Shown in pieces: positions 1 through 11,194 of a stretch of DNA of 46,866 nucleotides. Made by a program: the position numbers and the translations under genes. Below the pieces are notes generated by a model. It saw nothing but the letters and a program-made list of their open reading frames with translations, was not told the DNA's origin and searched no databases. Numbering within the stretch: the stretch's first letter is position 1; every line of letters begins with the position of its first letter. Origin of the DNA: Octopus bimaculoides (lineage: Eukaryota); assembly GCF_001194135.2 (NCBI RefSeq), contig NC_068993.1:36136069-36182934 (forward strand), given 5' to 3'.

Positions 1-60
1 ATACATATATATATACATATATATACATATATATATACATATATATACATATATATATAC

Positions 61-129
<69 letters not shown>

Positions 130-226
130 CATATATATATACATATATATATGCATATATATATATATACATACACACATATATATATATACATATATAT
201 ATATATACATATATATATACATATAT
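1..226. repeat. Compound (TA)n/(TATACA)n microsatellite
   Basis: Direct reading: alternating AT with interspersed AC dinucleotides. Confidence 0.97.
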
Positions 227-239
227 GGTTTGGGTGGTT

Positions 240-470
240 GTTGTTTAAGCCCAAGTCAGCCCTATTAAGCAAGTAGGTCTATGACCAAAGGTATGCCAAC
301 CATGACCACCTTATTTTTGTTCAACATAGAACTACATTATCCAATGCTGTAACCTCTCCTGTTCATATTTTTTTAAGACAGTGGGTGTGAGTTGAGAGAA
401 ATATGGACTACTATTTCTAACAGATCACATGACAATGTAGACACTCTGTTGTTTTTTTTTTGTTGTTTTA
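240..470. repeat. Dispersed short repeat (family C, probably a SINE)
   Basis: The core motif gctgctatttctagca recurs in variants near 405, 16425, 17455, 24792 and 24995, and in reverse complement near 2865, 18613 and 19500. Class and boundaries are uncertain. Confidence 0.5.
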
Positions 471-536
471 GATAGTGACAGTGAAGACAACAGTATCCAT
501 TGATTTACCAGAGTGAGATTAATATAATAATTATTC

Positions 537-754
537 TAACCCTTTTATTACCATATTTCTGTTGAAATGCATTGAAGAATTTAATAAAATAATATAGAAT
601 TTAGTAAAATAATTTTTGTCAATATAGAGCTGGTGTTTGAAACATAAATTGACATAAAATTTTGATGGAAAGTTTTAATTTAGATCTCTTTAAAACAGGA
701 AGTTTGTATGACAGAACCAGGAGTGGTTTTGGGTGGATTGATAACAAAAGGGTT
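537..754 (+). mobile_element. Non-autonomous DNA transposon (MITE) with degenerate TTAA-CCCTTT...AAAGGG-TTAA ends (piggyBac-type termini)
   Basis: Ends taacccttt (537) and aaagggtt (747-754). The internal sequence (gaatttagtaaaataa...ttgatggaa.gttttaatttagatc.ctttaaaacagga) recurs at 44155-44374 (+) and 39682-39897 (-). TTAA TSD plus CCC/GGG termini is the established piggyBac signature. Confidence 0.7.
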
Positions 755-769
755 CAGTTAAAATTACTT

Positions 770-1150
770 TAACTGGTATAAACGAGAGCAGTTTGGAAAT
801 TCTGATGAGGAATAGTTCTGCAGGTAAAGAAATGGGAAAACTGATTTGATATTGGCACTAAAAGGAGCAAGATAAAGAAGAAGTATAAGGAGGAGAAAGC
901 AGTGGGTGGATTCAGGTTGAGGTAAAAAATATAGTGTCACTGAGTTCAGAGGAGTAATGGCATCGGTAGTAGTGATAAAGATGATAAAGGGAGGACCCTG
1001 CATATTTTGTGGGAAGTGACTGTAAGTGGCTTAAAAGCATTTAAAATCTTTGGAACAAGTGCCACAGGAGGGTAATTGTTAGTGAAGGATAGCTTATCAT
1101 TATCTAAGTGTGTTGTGAAAAAAATTTCCCGATACCAACACGAGGATATC
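770..1150 (-). pseudogene. Decayed LINE reverse-transcriptase fragment (CR1/L2/Jockey group)
   Basis: ORF 946-1152 reads SSCWYREIFF...DKLSFTNNYPPVALVPKILNAF, resembling the 'PSCWK...GD.S.PSNYRPIAL...SK.FE' region upstream of RT domain 1. The downstream SANIKSVF...RISKLLSF loosely resembles 'ALDISKAF...LISKL'. Frameshifted, compared by eye only. Confidence 0.5.
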
Positions 1151-1490
1151 ATATAACTTGGTAACTAATTAACTTGGCTCCGCTTTACAACTTCCTCTCA
1201 GTCCCTGTTTATACTACTTACCTGCAAGAATTTCAGCTTAACATTAAGTATGCTTTAACCTCATCTTGTCTAAACCAAAAGTAATAAAGCTATATGTATT
1301 CTCCCCTTGCCAATCACCAACTAAAAAAATATATATATTATATTACCCTATAATTGAAGTATACACACACACACACACACATACATTTCTAGATAGACTC
1401 ACACCCTACTCAAAATATTCATCATGCACATTTACCACACCTACACACACTGTTTGTGATGGAAGTAGGAACAGATCAGAAAACGCTCAC

Positions 1491-1628
1491 CTCTGTAAGT
1501 TGGAGTAAATTCCTTCAACTCTGGGGGTAGAGTTTCATAGAAATAACGCTCACGAGAAGTGAGAGGTTTGCAAAGGGTTGTATCATTGAAGTGAAGGACT
1601 GAGCAATGACCCCCTACTTGGTGATTGT
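1491..1628 (-). CDS. IP6K: Inositol hexakisphosphate kinase (IP6K family), N-terminal coding exon (partial; 5' end in N-gap)
   Basis: Reads [45 protein letters not shown](G), closely matching the metazoan IP6K N-terminus (human IP6K2 as recalled: [45 protein letters not shown]). It ends at a canonical phase-1 donor AG|GTGAGC (GT at 1490-1489). The paralog cannot be assigned. Confidence 0.95.
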
Positions 1629-2360
1629 NNNNNNNNNNNNNNNNNNNNNNNNNNNNNNNNNNNNNNNNNNNNNNNNNNNNNNNNNNNNNNNNNNNNNNNN
1701 NNNNNNNNNNNNNNNNNNNNNNNNNNNNNNNNNNNNNNNNNNNNNNNNNNNNNNNNNNNNNNNNNNNNNNNNNNNNNNNNNNNNNNNNNNNNNNNNNNNN
1801 NNNNNNNNNNNNNNNNNNNNNNNNNNNNNNNNNNNNNNNNNNNNNNNNNNNNNNNNNNNNNNNNNNNNNNNNNNNNNNNNNNNNNNNNNNNNNNNNNNNN
1901 NNNNNNNNNNNNNNNNNNNNNNNNNNNNNNNNNNNNNNNNNNNNNNNNNNNNNNNNNNNNNNNNNNNNNNNNNNNNNNNNNNNNNNNNNNNNNNNNNNNN
2001 NNNNNNNNNNNNNNNNNNNNNNNNNNNNNNNNNNNNNNNNNNNNNNNNNNNNNNNNNNNNNNNNNNNNNNNNNNNNNNNNNNNNNNNNNNNNNNNNNNNN
2101 NNNNNNNNNNNNNNNNNNNNNNNNNNNNNNNNNNNNNNNNNNNNNNNNNNNNNNNNNNNNNNNNNNNNNNNNNNNNNNNNNNNNNNNNNNNNNNNNNNNN
2201 NNNNNNNNNNNNNNNNNNNNNNNNNNNNNNNNNNNNNNNNNNNNNNNNNNNNNNNNNNNNNNNNNNNNNNNNNNNNNNNNNNNNNNNNNNNNNNNNNNNN
2301 NNNNNNNNNNNNNNNNNNNNNNNNNNNNNNNNNNNNNNNNNNNNNNNNNNNNNNNNNNNN
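1629..2360. other. Assembly gap (N). Other gaps: 5032-5184, 12834-13477, 14896-15237, 17913-18002, 18286-18295, 21641-21650, 23663-23890, 31393-31872, 33434-33915
   Basis: Runs of n. Most are bordered by (AT)n, (AC)n, (GA)n or poly-T/A. Confidence 1.
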
Positions 2361-2397
<37 letters not shown>

Positions 2398-2939
2398 AAA
2401 TATATGAAAATACTGTGAATTCATCGAACCATTTTTGAGATAAGTAAAATAAGATGATTAGCTTTACAAAGATAGCAGCAGTAGAAACTCAAAATATATT
2501 TTCTATCATTTGTATCAAAAATAAATAACGTTGAAGAGAGAAAAACAGAAGAAACTAAAATTACCTATGGATGTATTCACATGTTTATAATAAATAAGTA
2601 AATGTCTTCTTCAGAATCGTGAGAATATTGTGAAAAGATTATTTTAAAAATTATTTCCTTGTTTCTTTGTGCTCTGGGAAGCATTCACAAGGAAAAGCTT
2701 TTCAACAGAAAGAAGGGAAAAGTAGTAAAACAAGACTTCCACATTCAAATGATCTAACAAGAGAGAGGGTTGTTAAGGACACTGTGATGAAAAAGTTTAA
2801 AATTAATAAACAGTTGATGACTTTGAAATAATGAGGGAGCCTCTACATGACATATTGCACCAACCTGCTAGAAATAACAGCCTGATTTTCCTCAAATGAC
2901 ATCCTAACATATCTTTATCTCTAAGTACATCGTCATCTG

Positions 2940-3120
2940 CATAATTTAATATTAGTCTTCCATGCTGGCAGCAACTGGAAGGTTCAACAGGAACCGACAA
3001 GTCAGAAGGCTATGTCAAGCTCCAATGTCAGCTGTGATATAGTTTCTATGACTGGATGTTCTTCATAATACCAACCACTTTACAACAACATGTATCAGCT
3101 ACTTTTCTTGTGGCACCATA
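2940..3120 (-). mobile_element. Retroposon 3'-end fragment of the (GAT)n-tailed family (RTE-like tail); another minus copy at about 4400-4600
   Basis: Reverse complement of the family seen on + at 33985-34110, 34590-34762, 36490-36690 and 39050-39248 (gtggttggcattaggaagggcatccagc...cccatgccagcatgga...gttaaa-(gat)n). Confidence 0.6.
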
Positions 3121-5917
3121 TCAACATATTAAGGAGATCACTATATCAACTTGCAAGACTAAAAAGCTCCCTAGGCTAAATGAAAGTATAGTAGAGGTAG
3201 GATGGCTTTATGTTAGATGTTGAGAGGTTAAAATGTGACAGAAGATCATATCAGGTAAAATACAGTCCCAGATACACAGTGCATGAATAAAAGATATGAT
3301 CATCACAACTGGAACATTTTGATCGGTGATCCCACCAAAAATACTCTTTGCAACTCAATCCTGTTTTAGCAAAAGTAGAGCATGTGCTATGAAGTACTGG
3401 CTCTGTACATATTCTCAATGGATATATGCTCGACTAGATTTGCCTAAAAGATGACCTCAACCAGAACTAACAGAGACTATACAACCCAAAGTAGTTGAAT
3501 GGATAAGCTACTGCATTAGCAGCACATGAGTCATAGATCATATCAGCTGCAAGCATTTCATTGTGTGCATATGTGTGTGTGTGGGGGGGGGGGGGAGAAG
3601 GGCATGTTTTGATTGTTTTGCACGCAAAGATATTAAAACGCTCCATACAGTCATGCTAAAGAAGTGTGTAGAGTATGTATACACACACACATATATATAT
3701 ATATATGTATATGTAGATATTTCTATACATATATATATATATATTTATACATGTATTAATGTAACTAAGCTTATATAGGTTGGCCATTAATATCCCAGGC
3801 CATGTCTAAATGTGTGTGTGTATGTGTTAGTGTGCATGTGCACACACGCATGTGCAATGGCTGTGTTACTGGTTGTACCCACAGATACTGTCTCAAAAGA
3901 CAAAGACAATTGGATTTTTATTTCATTTTCTTTCATGTTTAAATTATAAATCGAAAAATTGTTCACAAATACGAACATGTTATATTTCATGATTATTTTT
4001 AAAATTGTAACTGCCCTTTCTAATTTTATCCTTTAGCCGTCGGGATTGTTTCTGCTCTAGAAACAGAAATTTCCTGTAGTCTTTTACAACTTTTAAATTG
4101 AAATGCAGTCTATACTTTACATTTTTAGTTCTGCCACTTTTATATCAATCTAAAGAAGAATGTAAAAGGAAAAAATCCTCAATCACTTTTTCTATTCATA
4201 AGTCTTTATATACTCTAATCCTTCAAGCATTAATCACCAACTCTGACACTTCATCCACCTATACAAAATATCAATGTTTCTCATATCTACTAATCTTAGA
4301 TTCTTACCCAACTTTTACGACAGTTGATATTTCATGAGCATTACTTTTACTATTTAAAACATGAAATACTAAAATGTTATAGCTCCCATGGGGGCCATCA
4401 TCGTCATCATCATTTCATAACCATCTTCCAAACAGGCATGGTTTGGACAGTTCAATAGGATTCAAGAGGTCAAACTCCAATGTCTGCTTTAGCATAATTT
4501 CTACTGCTGGATACCCTACCTATTGCCAACCATTTTAGATATTGGACAGTGTTTTTTATTTTGTTTTTTTGTAACACCAGCACCAGTGCGGTTACCATGT
4601 AACTGAAAAGACAAAACGTGCTTTCTGAGATACATGGCTAGCCCAACATTATATAAAGTAGGTAAGAATTGCTGGAAAGCAAGTTAAAGAGTGATAACAA
4701 TGTGTGAGGACATACCATCAAGGTACAAGAAGGTGGGGGTGGGCAACATTGCAAGAGTGTACAAGAAGAGTGACATAAGTTTGGAGATAGGGATACAGGT
4801 CAATGTCATAAATGGTGAATAAGAGTGAATGTGTGTGATCGATGGTAAATATCAGCTTGGGATTGGGAGAGTAATAAGAGACAGTAGAGAAAGAGTGGAG
4901 AATAGCAGAATGATATATTTGTAAATAGGTGAGAAATGTGGTGGAGATGATGTGAGGGAGGTGGTGTTTAAAGGAGGAGTGCGTGGGAAAGAGAGAGAGG
5001 GGGGAGAGGGAGAGAGGGAGAGAGGGGGAGGNNNNNNNNNNNNNNNNNNNNNNNNNNNNNNNNNNNNNNNNNNNNNNNNNNNNNNNNNNNNNNNNNNNNN
5101 NNNNNNNNNNNNNNNNNNNNNNNNNNNNNNNNNNNNNNNNNNNNNNNNNNNNNNNNNNNNNNNNNNNNNNNNNNNNNNNNNNNNGAGGGGGAGAGCAGTA
5201 TATTTAACATTAAAAAAAGATTAAGTATATATATATAAATATAATCAAAGGAATGCTTGTAACAAGTGCTATTAAGTACTAAATGAGCCTGTATAAAGAA
5301 AATTAGTTCTATTACTTATTATGAGTAAGAAATATGTGAGAATGAAGATAATGCTGTGTCTGTTCATTGTTAGCATGTTCCAGCAGCGATGAACGTGAAT
5401 ATAACTTTTCATTGTGAGACATTCATGTCCAGGATTGGCCCAATTCCGTGACTAACTTACTAACACCACACGGGAAAGACATTTAATCAGGTTTCATGTT
5501 ACAGATTTACTTTGGGTTCCATAGCACATTTACGTAAAGAGTTAGTGTTTGGAGCGATATCACTTGACAAGTTGGAGATTATTGTGCGTGCGTGCACCCA
5601 AGAAAGATGACAAGAAAAGTTGACCGCAGTGCCGTTTGATCACGAAACGTAAATCAAATGTCTTTATATGGAGAGCATTGTCTGTCGTAAGAGTTAACGC
5701 TCAGAAAACGTGGTCGTCCATACATAAAGATGACAGAGAGTTAATCGTAGTGAATCTACTGGCACCATTGAATACCTGTAATGACTAGACAAGACAAAAT
5801 TTGCTTCCAGGGGGTTTGTTGTCTAAAAGCACATCTTTCAGGAAGATTTCTCTATCATTCATTAAATAACACTACAAGAATCCGAAGCGCGTGGTGCAAA
5901 CTACAACTCGTACTCAC

Positions 5918-6150
5918 CAAAGCAGTCCTTATATTTCTTGTAGCGAGTAGATAAATAGCAAGATATTGATAGATAAAAATAAAAATAAAAATAAACGCCG
6001 CTTGTCCCACTCGTCTTCACGTGTGATAAACACATGATTTCTGAAACCTGTGGTAACTAGAGGTTATACATCTCTGACTGTTGTTTCCCACCACCACAGC
6101 CGAGTTTTCGACACGTTTCTCATAATCCACGTGCATATCTATATATCTAT
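5918..6150 (-). other. Candidate non-coding 5' exon of IP6K
   Basis: Strong minus-strand donor TTG|GTGAGTA (GT at 5917-5916), about 4 kb upstream of the first coding exon, where CpG-poor sequence changes to CpG-rich sequence. The 5' boundary is a guess. Confidence 0.3.
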
Positions 6151-6601
6151 GCTATAACTTAAAAAAACATAGATATATGTTGTAGGAAACGTAAACACTA
6201 TTATTATCAAATAAGAGTTTCCAAGGCAATGCCCGTACACACACATACATACATACACCCAGTCATAAATAACTGAATCTCGTGTTTTATACGTAATAGA
6301 TATAATGTGAACAATAAGGGGGGGGAGGGAGAGAGAGAAAAAACTGACCTAGATAGGTTACAAAATAGACCAAACCACGTGCTTGAAAGTGCAGTCGTAA
6401 GGGATGGCGGTATGGAAATAAGTGTACTTTAATAAACAAATAGAAAACACACACGAGTATGTGTGTGTTTTAGTCTAGTTATTAATACGTCACTGTTGGT
6501 GAGAAGCAGAGAATGTTAGCTGAATTTTGTAAGCAGCAGATGAGAGAAATGGTGGAGAAACAAGCTGAATAACATTTACGGACAGATCGAGAAGTCACGT
6601 G
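6018..6601. promoter_or_regulatory. Cluster of four canonical CACGTG E-boxes (candidate IP6K promoter region)
   Basis: CACGTG at 6018-6023, 6128-6133, 6376-6381 and 6596-6601 in CpG-rich, mostly non-repetitive DNA. Function is inferred. Confidence 0.4.
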
Positions 6602-8466
6602 TTTATACATGTGATTCATTAAAGTGTACAGGCGCGCGCGCGTATATGGATGTATGTGTGTGTATATATTTTCTACTTATTTGTCATACTACGGCCATGG
6701 TGGGGCACCACCTTGAAAAATTTTTAGTCGAATGAATCGACTCCAGTACTTATTTTCTCTGAGCCTGGTAATTATTCTATCGGTCTCTTTTAACTAACTG
6801 CTAAGTTCTATATATGTGTGTGTGTGTGGAGCAATTGACAAGTTGAGTAGGTTGTTTTTACCTATGTCTTTTGTTGTTTTAAATTACAACCACATAAATG
6901 TTTTACAATTTTATTACTTTTTTTAATACTTTGTAATGGTTAATGTTTCGTATTCAGGAATGTCTATTCTGTGGGTTAGAAGAATGTCTGTTGTTATACG
7001 CTGTTTCAAATACAATTTCAAACCAACAGATTACTCAACAAACATGCAATATATCATTATTATTATTAATTTCATTATTATTACTATTATTATTAAAGAA
7101 ATCATCATTATTATCATCATTCAGAGTGCACGTTCATGATAGTAAATATAAAGTATAATTATTATACATAACAATCACAAGGTCCTGACATCAAAAAGTG
7201 TGAAAACTAAAGTCTCTGGTGAATCGCGTCGTTCGACAATGACAACTGAGTAACTTGCTGAATGACTGAATATCTCAGTGACATGTGTGCCCTTAAGTAT
7301 TTCCCAGAATGACACGGCGTGTGACAAGGGTTGTATTTTTTTTTTCTTTAAATTGCAGGTACATTTCACCTGACTGGCTTCTATACAGTCTCCGTCTGCC
7401 CAGTTTCACTCACAAGGTATGAGCTGGCCTGAGGCTATAAAAAAAAAAAACGCATTTGATGAAGGTGTCATGCACCGGAATCGAACGCGGGACTTTGTAA
7501 GAGAAAAGTTACGCGATGCGTGCAGAAGAGTTTATGTATTCGCTCGAAGTAGATAATTCACTCCCTTTAACACGCAGAGTTCCGTCGCGTGCGATCTTTT
7601 AGGCAACAAAAATAAATAAACTTAATGGTGGGTGGGGGTCTACAGAAGCGGGACGCAATGTCTTCGCGTACACATGGTGTTCATGAAGTCCTTGTGAAAC
7701 ACACTTCGTGCGCTTGTGATATTACCAGTGGCAATATCTGTCTCCATGAGAAAACTTTAATTACAAAGTCAATTAATGCCATTTTTCAAATTAGATTCAT
7801 TCGTTTGTGTTATAAATTACAAGAAGTAATTAAGGAAAAAGGAAAGCAAAATAATCTAAAAGCCCATGTTTCTAATAATAACGTAGATATTAGAAGGTTA
7901 ACAAATCCGGGGACTACAAAACTAATGATCGGTTGATTGATTTATTTATTGGTAGCGATCGTTTGGTAAATGTTTGTTGGGAAATATCAGTTGAGAGAGA
8001 GAGAGTAAATAACGTTGACAAGACATGAAGACAATTAGAAATGGTGGACCGCTTATTGGTTGCTCTCGTGGACATTGGGCAAAGCAAGGGAAGTGAAATG
8101 GTTACAATCACCAGTCGAAGCTTGGTTGCAGACTCGACTCAGGGAGAGAGAGAGAGAGAGTTAACTATACTGCTGTGGTTGAAAAAGCAACAGACTTCAT
8201 TTGGCAACAGTAAAAGTAGGAAAAAAAGTATAAAAAGAAATATTAATCATGATTTATAACTGTGATAATTTATTCGACCGCTGACTGTGTGTGTGTGTGT
8301 GTGTGTGTTCCACCTAAAATGCTATATATTTCCGTTTTGTCTTCTTCCCACAACCCAACTTGAGTCCCATCTTATCGAAACTGCTTAGTAAACTTGATTA
8401 TAGAAACACACTTCCGCTTTGTATTATTCACTTCCACCCAAAATCTCAAATATTCCACACACGCGT

Positions 8467-8498
<32 letters not shown>

Positions 8499-9719
8499 CC
8501 ATTCCAGACAGCATCAAAACTATAGCCATAGTTCCACTTTATCTTATATTCCACCTCTGAATAATGAATATAAAAATAGCACACGAATTCTTCAACTTCA
8601 AATAACTCATAAAATTCTGAATTACCACCTGGAAAAAAAAGTGGGGTTCTATTTGTCTTCTACTCTATGCTATTTATCTGATAGCTAAACCTCATTATAA
8701 TAATCACACACCTAAAACCTGATTTCTCACGTAGTGTAGACTAACGCGGCTTACACAAACATGCGCGCGCACATCTGTTATCTGACCCACCTTGTCCTAT
8801 CACTTGTCATTCCCCCAATAAGATCCTGTATTAGTAATTCCAGGATTTCCGGAGACTACATTTTCACTTAGTACAACTAACCACATTTACACAACCGGTC
8901 CTATTTGCCCAATATCACAAGTACATTTATCTTAAGAACACATCACACTGGTTAATCCTCGACCACCCTTGAAGTACACATCCTATAGTCAATGATTTTT
9001 ACGTTCTGCGTTCAAGTCCTACCGAGCTGATTTTGCCACACATACCTCCGTGGTCGACAGGTGACAGTTATATTTCCGAGAGCGAAAGATATAACAGCCT
9101 CAGGACCTTACTAGTGGATGTGAGTGCGTTACACAGCAAAAATGACAATTACCAACTGTTGAATATGCCATGCATTGCTCAATCAAAATGAATTCGTTGA
9201 GAGTAACTGTATTAATAAAGCAATTGCTGACTTAGATATTCCTCGACATTCTTTTGATTTTTTTTTTAACCTCGTAGCTGAGGTTGTTGTATTTGGTATA
9301 GGTAATTGGGGGGGGGGGTTATTGCTGAAACTAATGAATATCTATGCATCGTATATGAAAGAGATGAGCTTCCTTCGTTCTTTATTGGGCCTTTCCTGGT
9401 GACATCACGATTTTTTTTTACTACGAGGCAGAAATTGGAATGTAAATTTTTATAGAACAGGCATTCGTGGTATAAGAGCAGGAAAAATGTCTCTTAAATC
9501 TAGAAGACTACAACCAACTGTAATGATCAAGGCTGTACTTTCCCACACAACAAATATGGAATCGGTTCGGTAAAAAGAGGAAAATACAGGACTTGTTTAA
9601 AGCGAAATTGTATTACGTCATCAAGAAGGAATTAAGTTACTTTTAACATGTTTTATGCAATGCAGATAAAAAAGCTAATTATACAATAGAAACTCATTAG
9701 TTATTCAGTAATATTGGTT

Positions 9720-9900
9720 TCAATTTTTGGTACAAGACCAGCAGTTTCGGGGGAGAGGATAAGTCAAATGCATTAACTCCAGTGGTCAACTGGTATTCAT
9801 TTTATCAACCCCAAAAAGATGAAAGGCAAAGTCGACCTCTGCAGAATTTGAACTCAGAACATGAAAACAGACGAAACACCGCAGTGCCAAGTTCACCGCC
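9720..9900 (-). mobile_element. tRNA-derived SINE, family A
   Basis: Shares gatgaaaggcaaagtcgacct...gaatttgaactcagaac with the copies at 21.2-21.5, 27.2-28.5, 40-43.6 and 46.4 kb. Confidence 0.8.
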
Positions 9901-10823
9901 CTAAATCATTAATAATACTATAAATAAAGCATTGTCTAGCTGTCCACAATTTAGGGGAAAGTCGTATTCCTGCACAAAATTGGAGAAATATGAAGATATA
10001 ACAGAAGAGGGGTAAAAATTAACAAAGAAATATGTGGATTCGAATATTTTCTGACAGAAACAAAATTAAGTTTCTGTTTGATTACATCTTGACTTCAAGA
10101 TAGACAAAAGCTGGATCAAAATAATAGAATCACAGAACTGATTCATCATCAGAGCAAGAGATTTCTTCCATTAAAATGATATAAAGTTACTTATATCATC
10201 CCAAAGATCTGGTCGTGCTTTGGGAAATCTTAGTCATAAAGTCCATCGCTTAACATCTCTCGAAGATGATGTTGGGCGGTTATTGAAGTTGAGGTATAGA
10301 AAGAAATCGTGAAGACGCAAATCTAGTGTGGTCATCTGTGGAGAAGGAATGGTTTCTTTTACTCACAGACATCATAGTTCTCACCCTGGATCAATGGGGA
10401 GAGTAAGAAGGCATATTTGATACCTAGGGGTCTTCTGATTACTAGTAGATTAAAATGAACTATATAATAGTAGGGATCAGATAGTGTCGTGATTAGAGGA
10501 GACCTTTAAAAAAAAACTGGCGTTGTTGTACGGGAACTTCTTTTCAAATCCGTTTGAGTCATCTCATGAAACTAGCTAATATTTCAGGGAAAGCCATAGG
10601 TCCTGCTTCGAAGCTATTTATAGTAACCATTGATTGTTTGTAGTACGTGATAGTTTCAAATATAAGATATTTCAACTCCTTCGCCTGCAGTAAAAGGAGC
10701 CAGGCGCCCTTGTGCGGTAAGTTGAAGAAACAATAAGAATATTTTAATAAGTTTTAGCTTCAGTTTATATTTTATATGTTACCAGACAGTGTTTTTATAG
10801 TTAATGTATATATGTGAGATAAT

Positions 10824-10874
10824 AGTTTCACTTTAATAGTTTCAGAATAAAAGTTAAACTATTAAAGTGAAACT
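10824..10874. repeat. Perfect 19-bp inverted repeat with 13-nt spacer
   Basis: agtttcactttaatagttt (10824-10842) and aaactattaaagtgaaact (10856-10874) are exact reverse complements. Confidence 0.9.
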
Positions 10875-11111
10875 CTGACATTAGAATAGAGAGATGTTAT
10901 TGTTTCCCTTTTGACACGTAATATTGCAATAGTGGAGGAGATGTGATATTGCACTGGGCTCGCACTAGGCAAGAAGTTAAAAATTTTTGGCCTAAAACAC
11001 TACCTGGGCCGTAAGTTAGGCATGTATAAAATTTGAATGAAATTGGTTGTGTAGTTCTCAAGTTTTAGGGATTCACACAGACAGACAGACACACATTCTC
11101 ATCTTTATATG

Positions 11112-11193
<82 letters not shown>
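11112..11193. repeat. (GATA)n microsatellite
   Basis: About 20 tandem TAGA units. Confidence 0.97.

Positions 11194-11194
<1 letters not shown>

Noticed and set aside
7450-7540. GTTCGATTCC B-box on the minus strand, and a similar tRNA-like stretch at 20385-20450
   Set aside because: No cloverleaf or anticodon arm could be built. At best decayed SINE heads, not tRNA genes.
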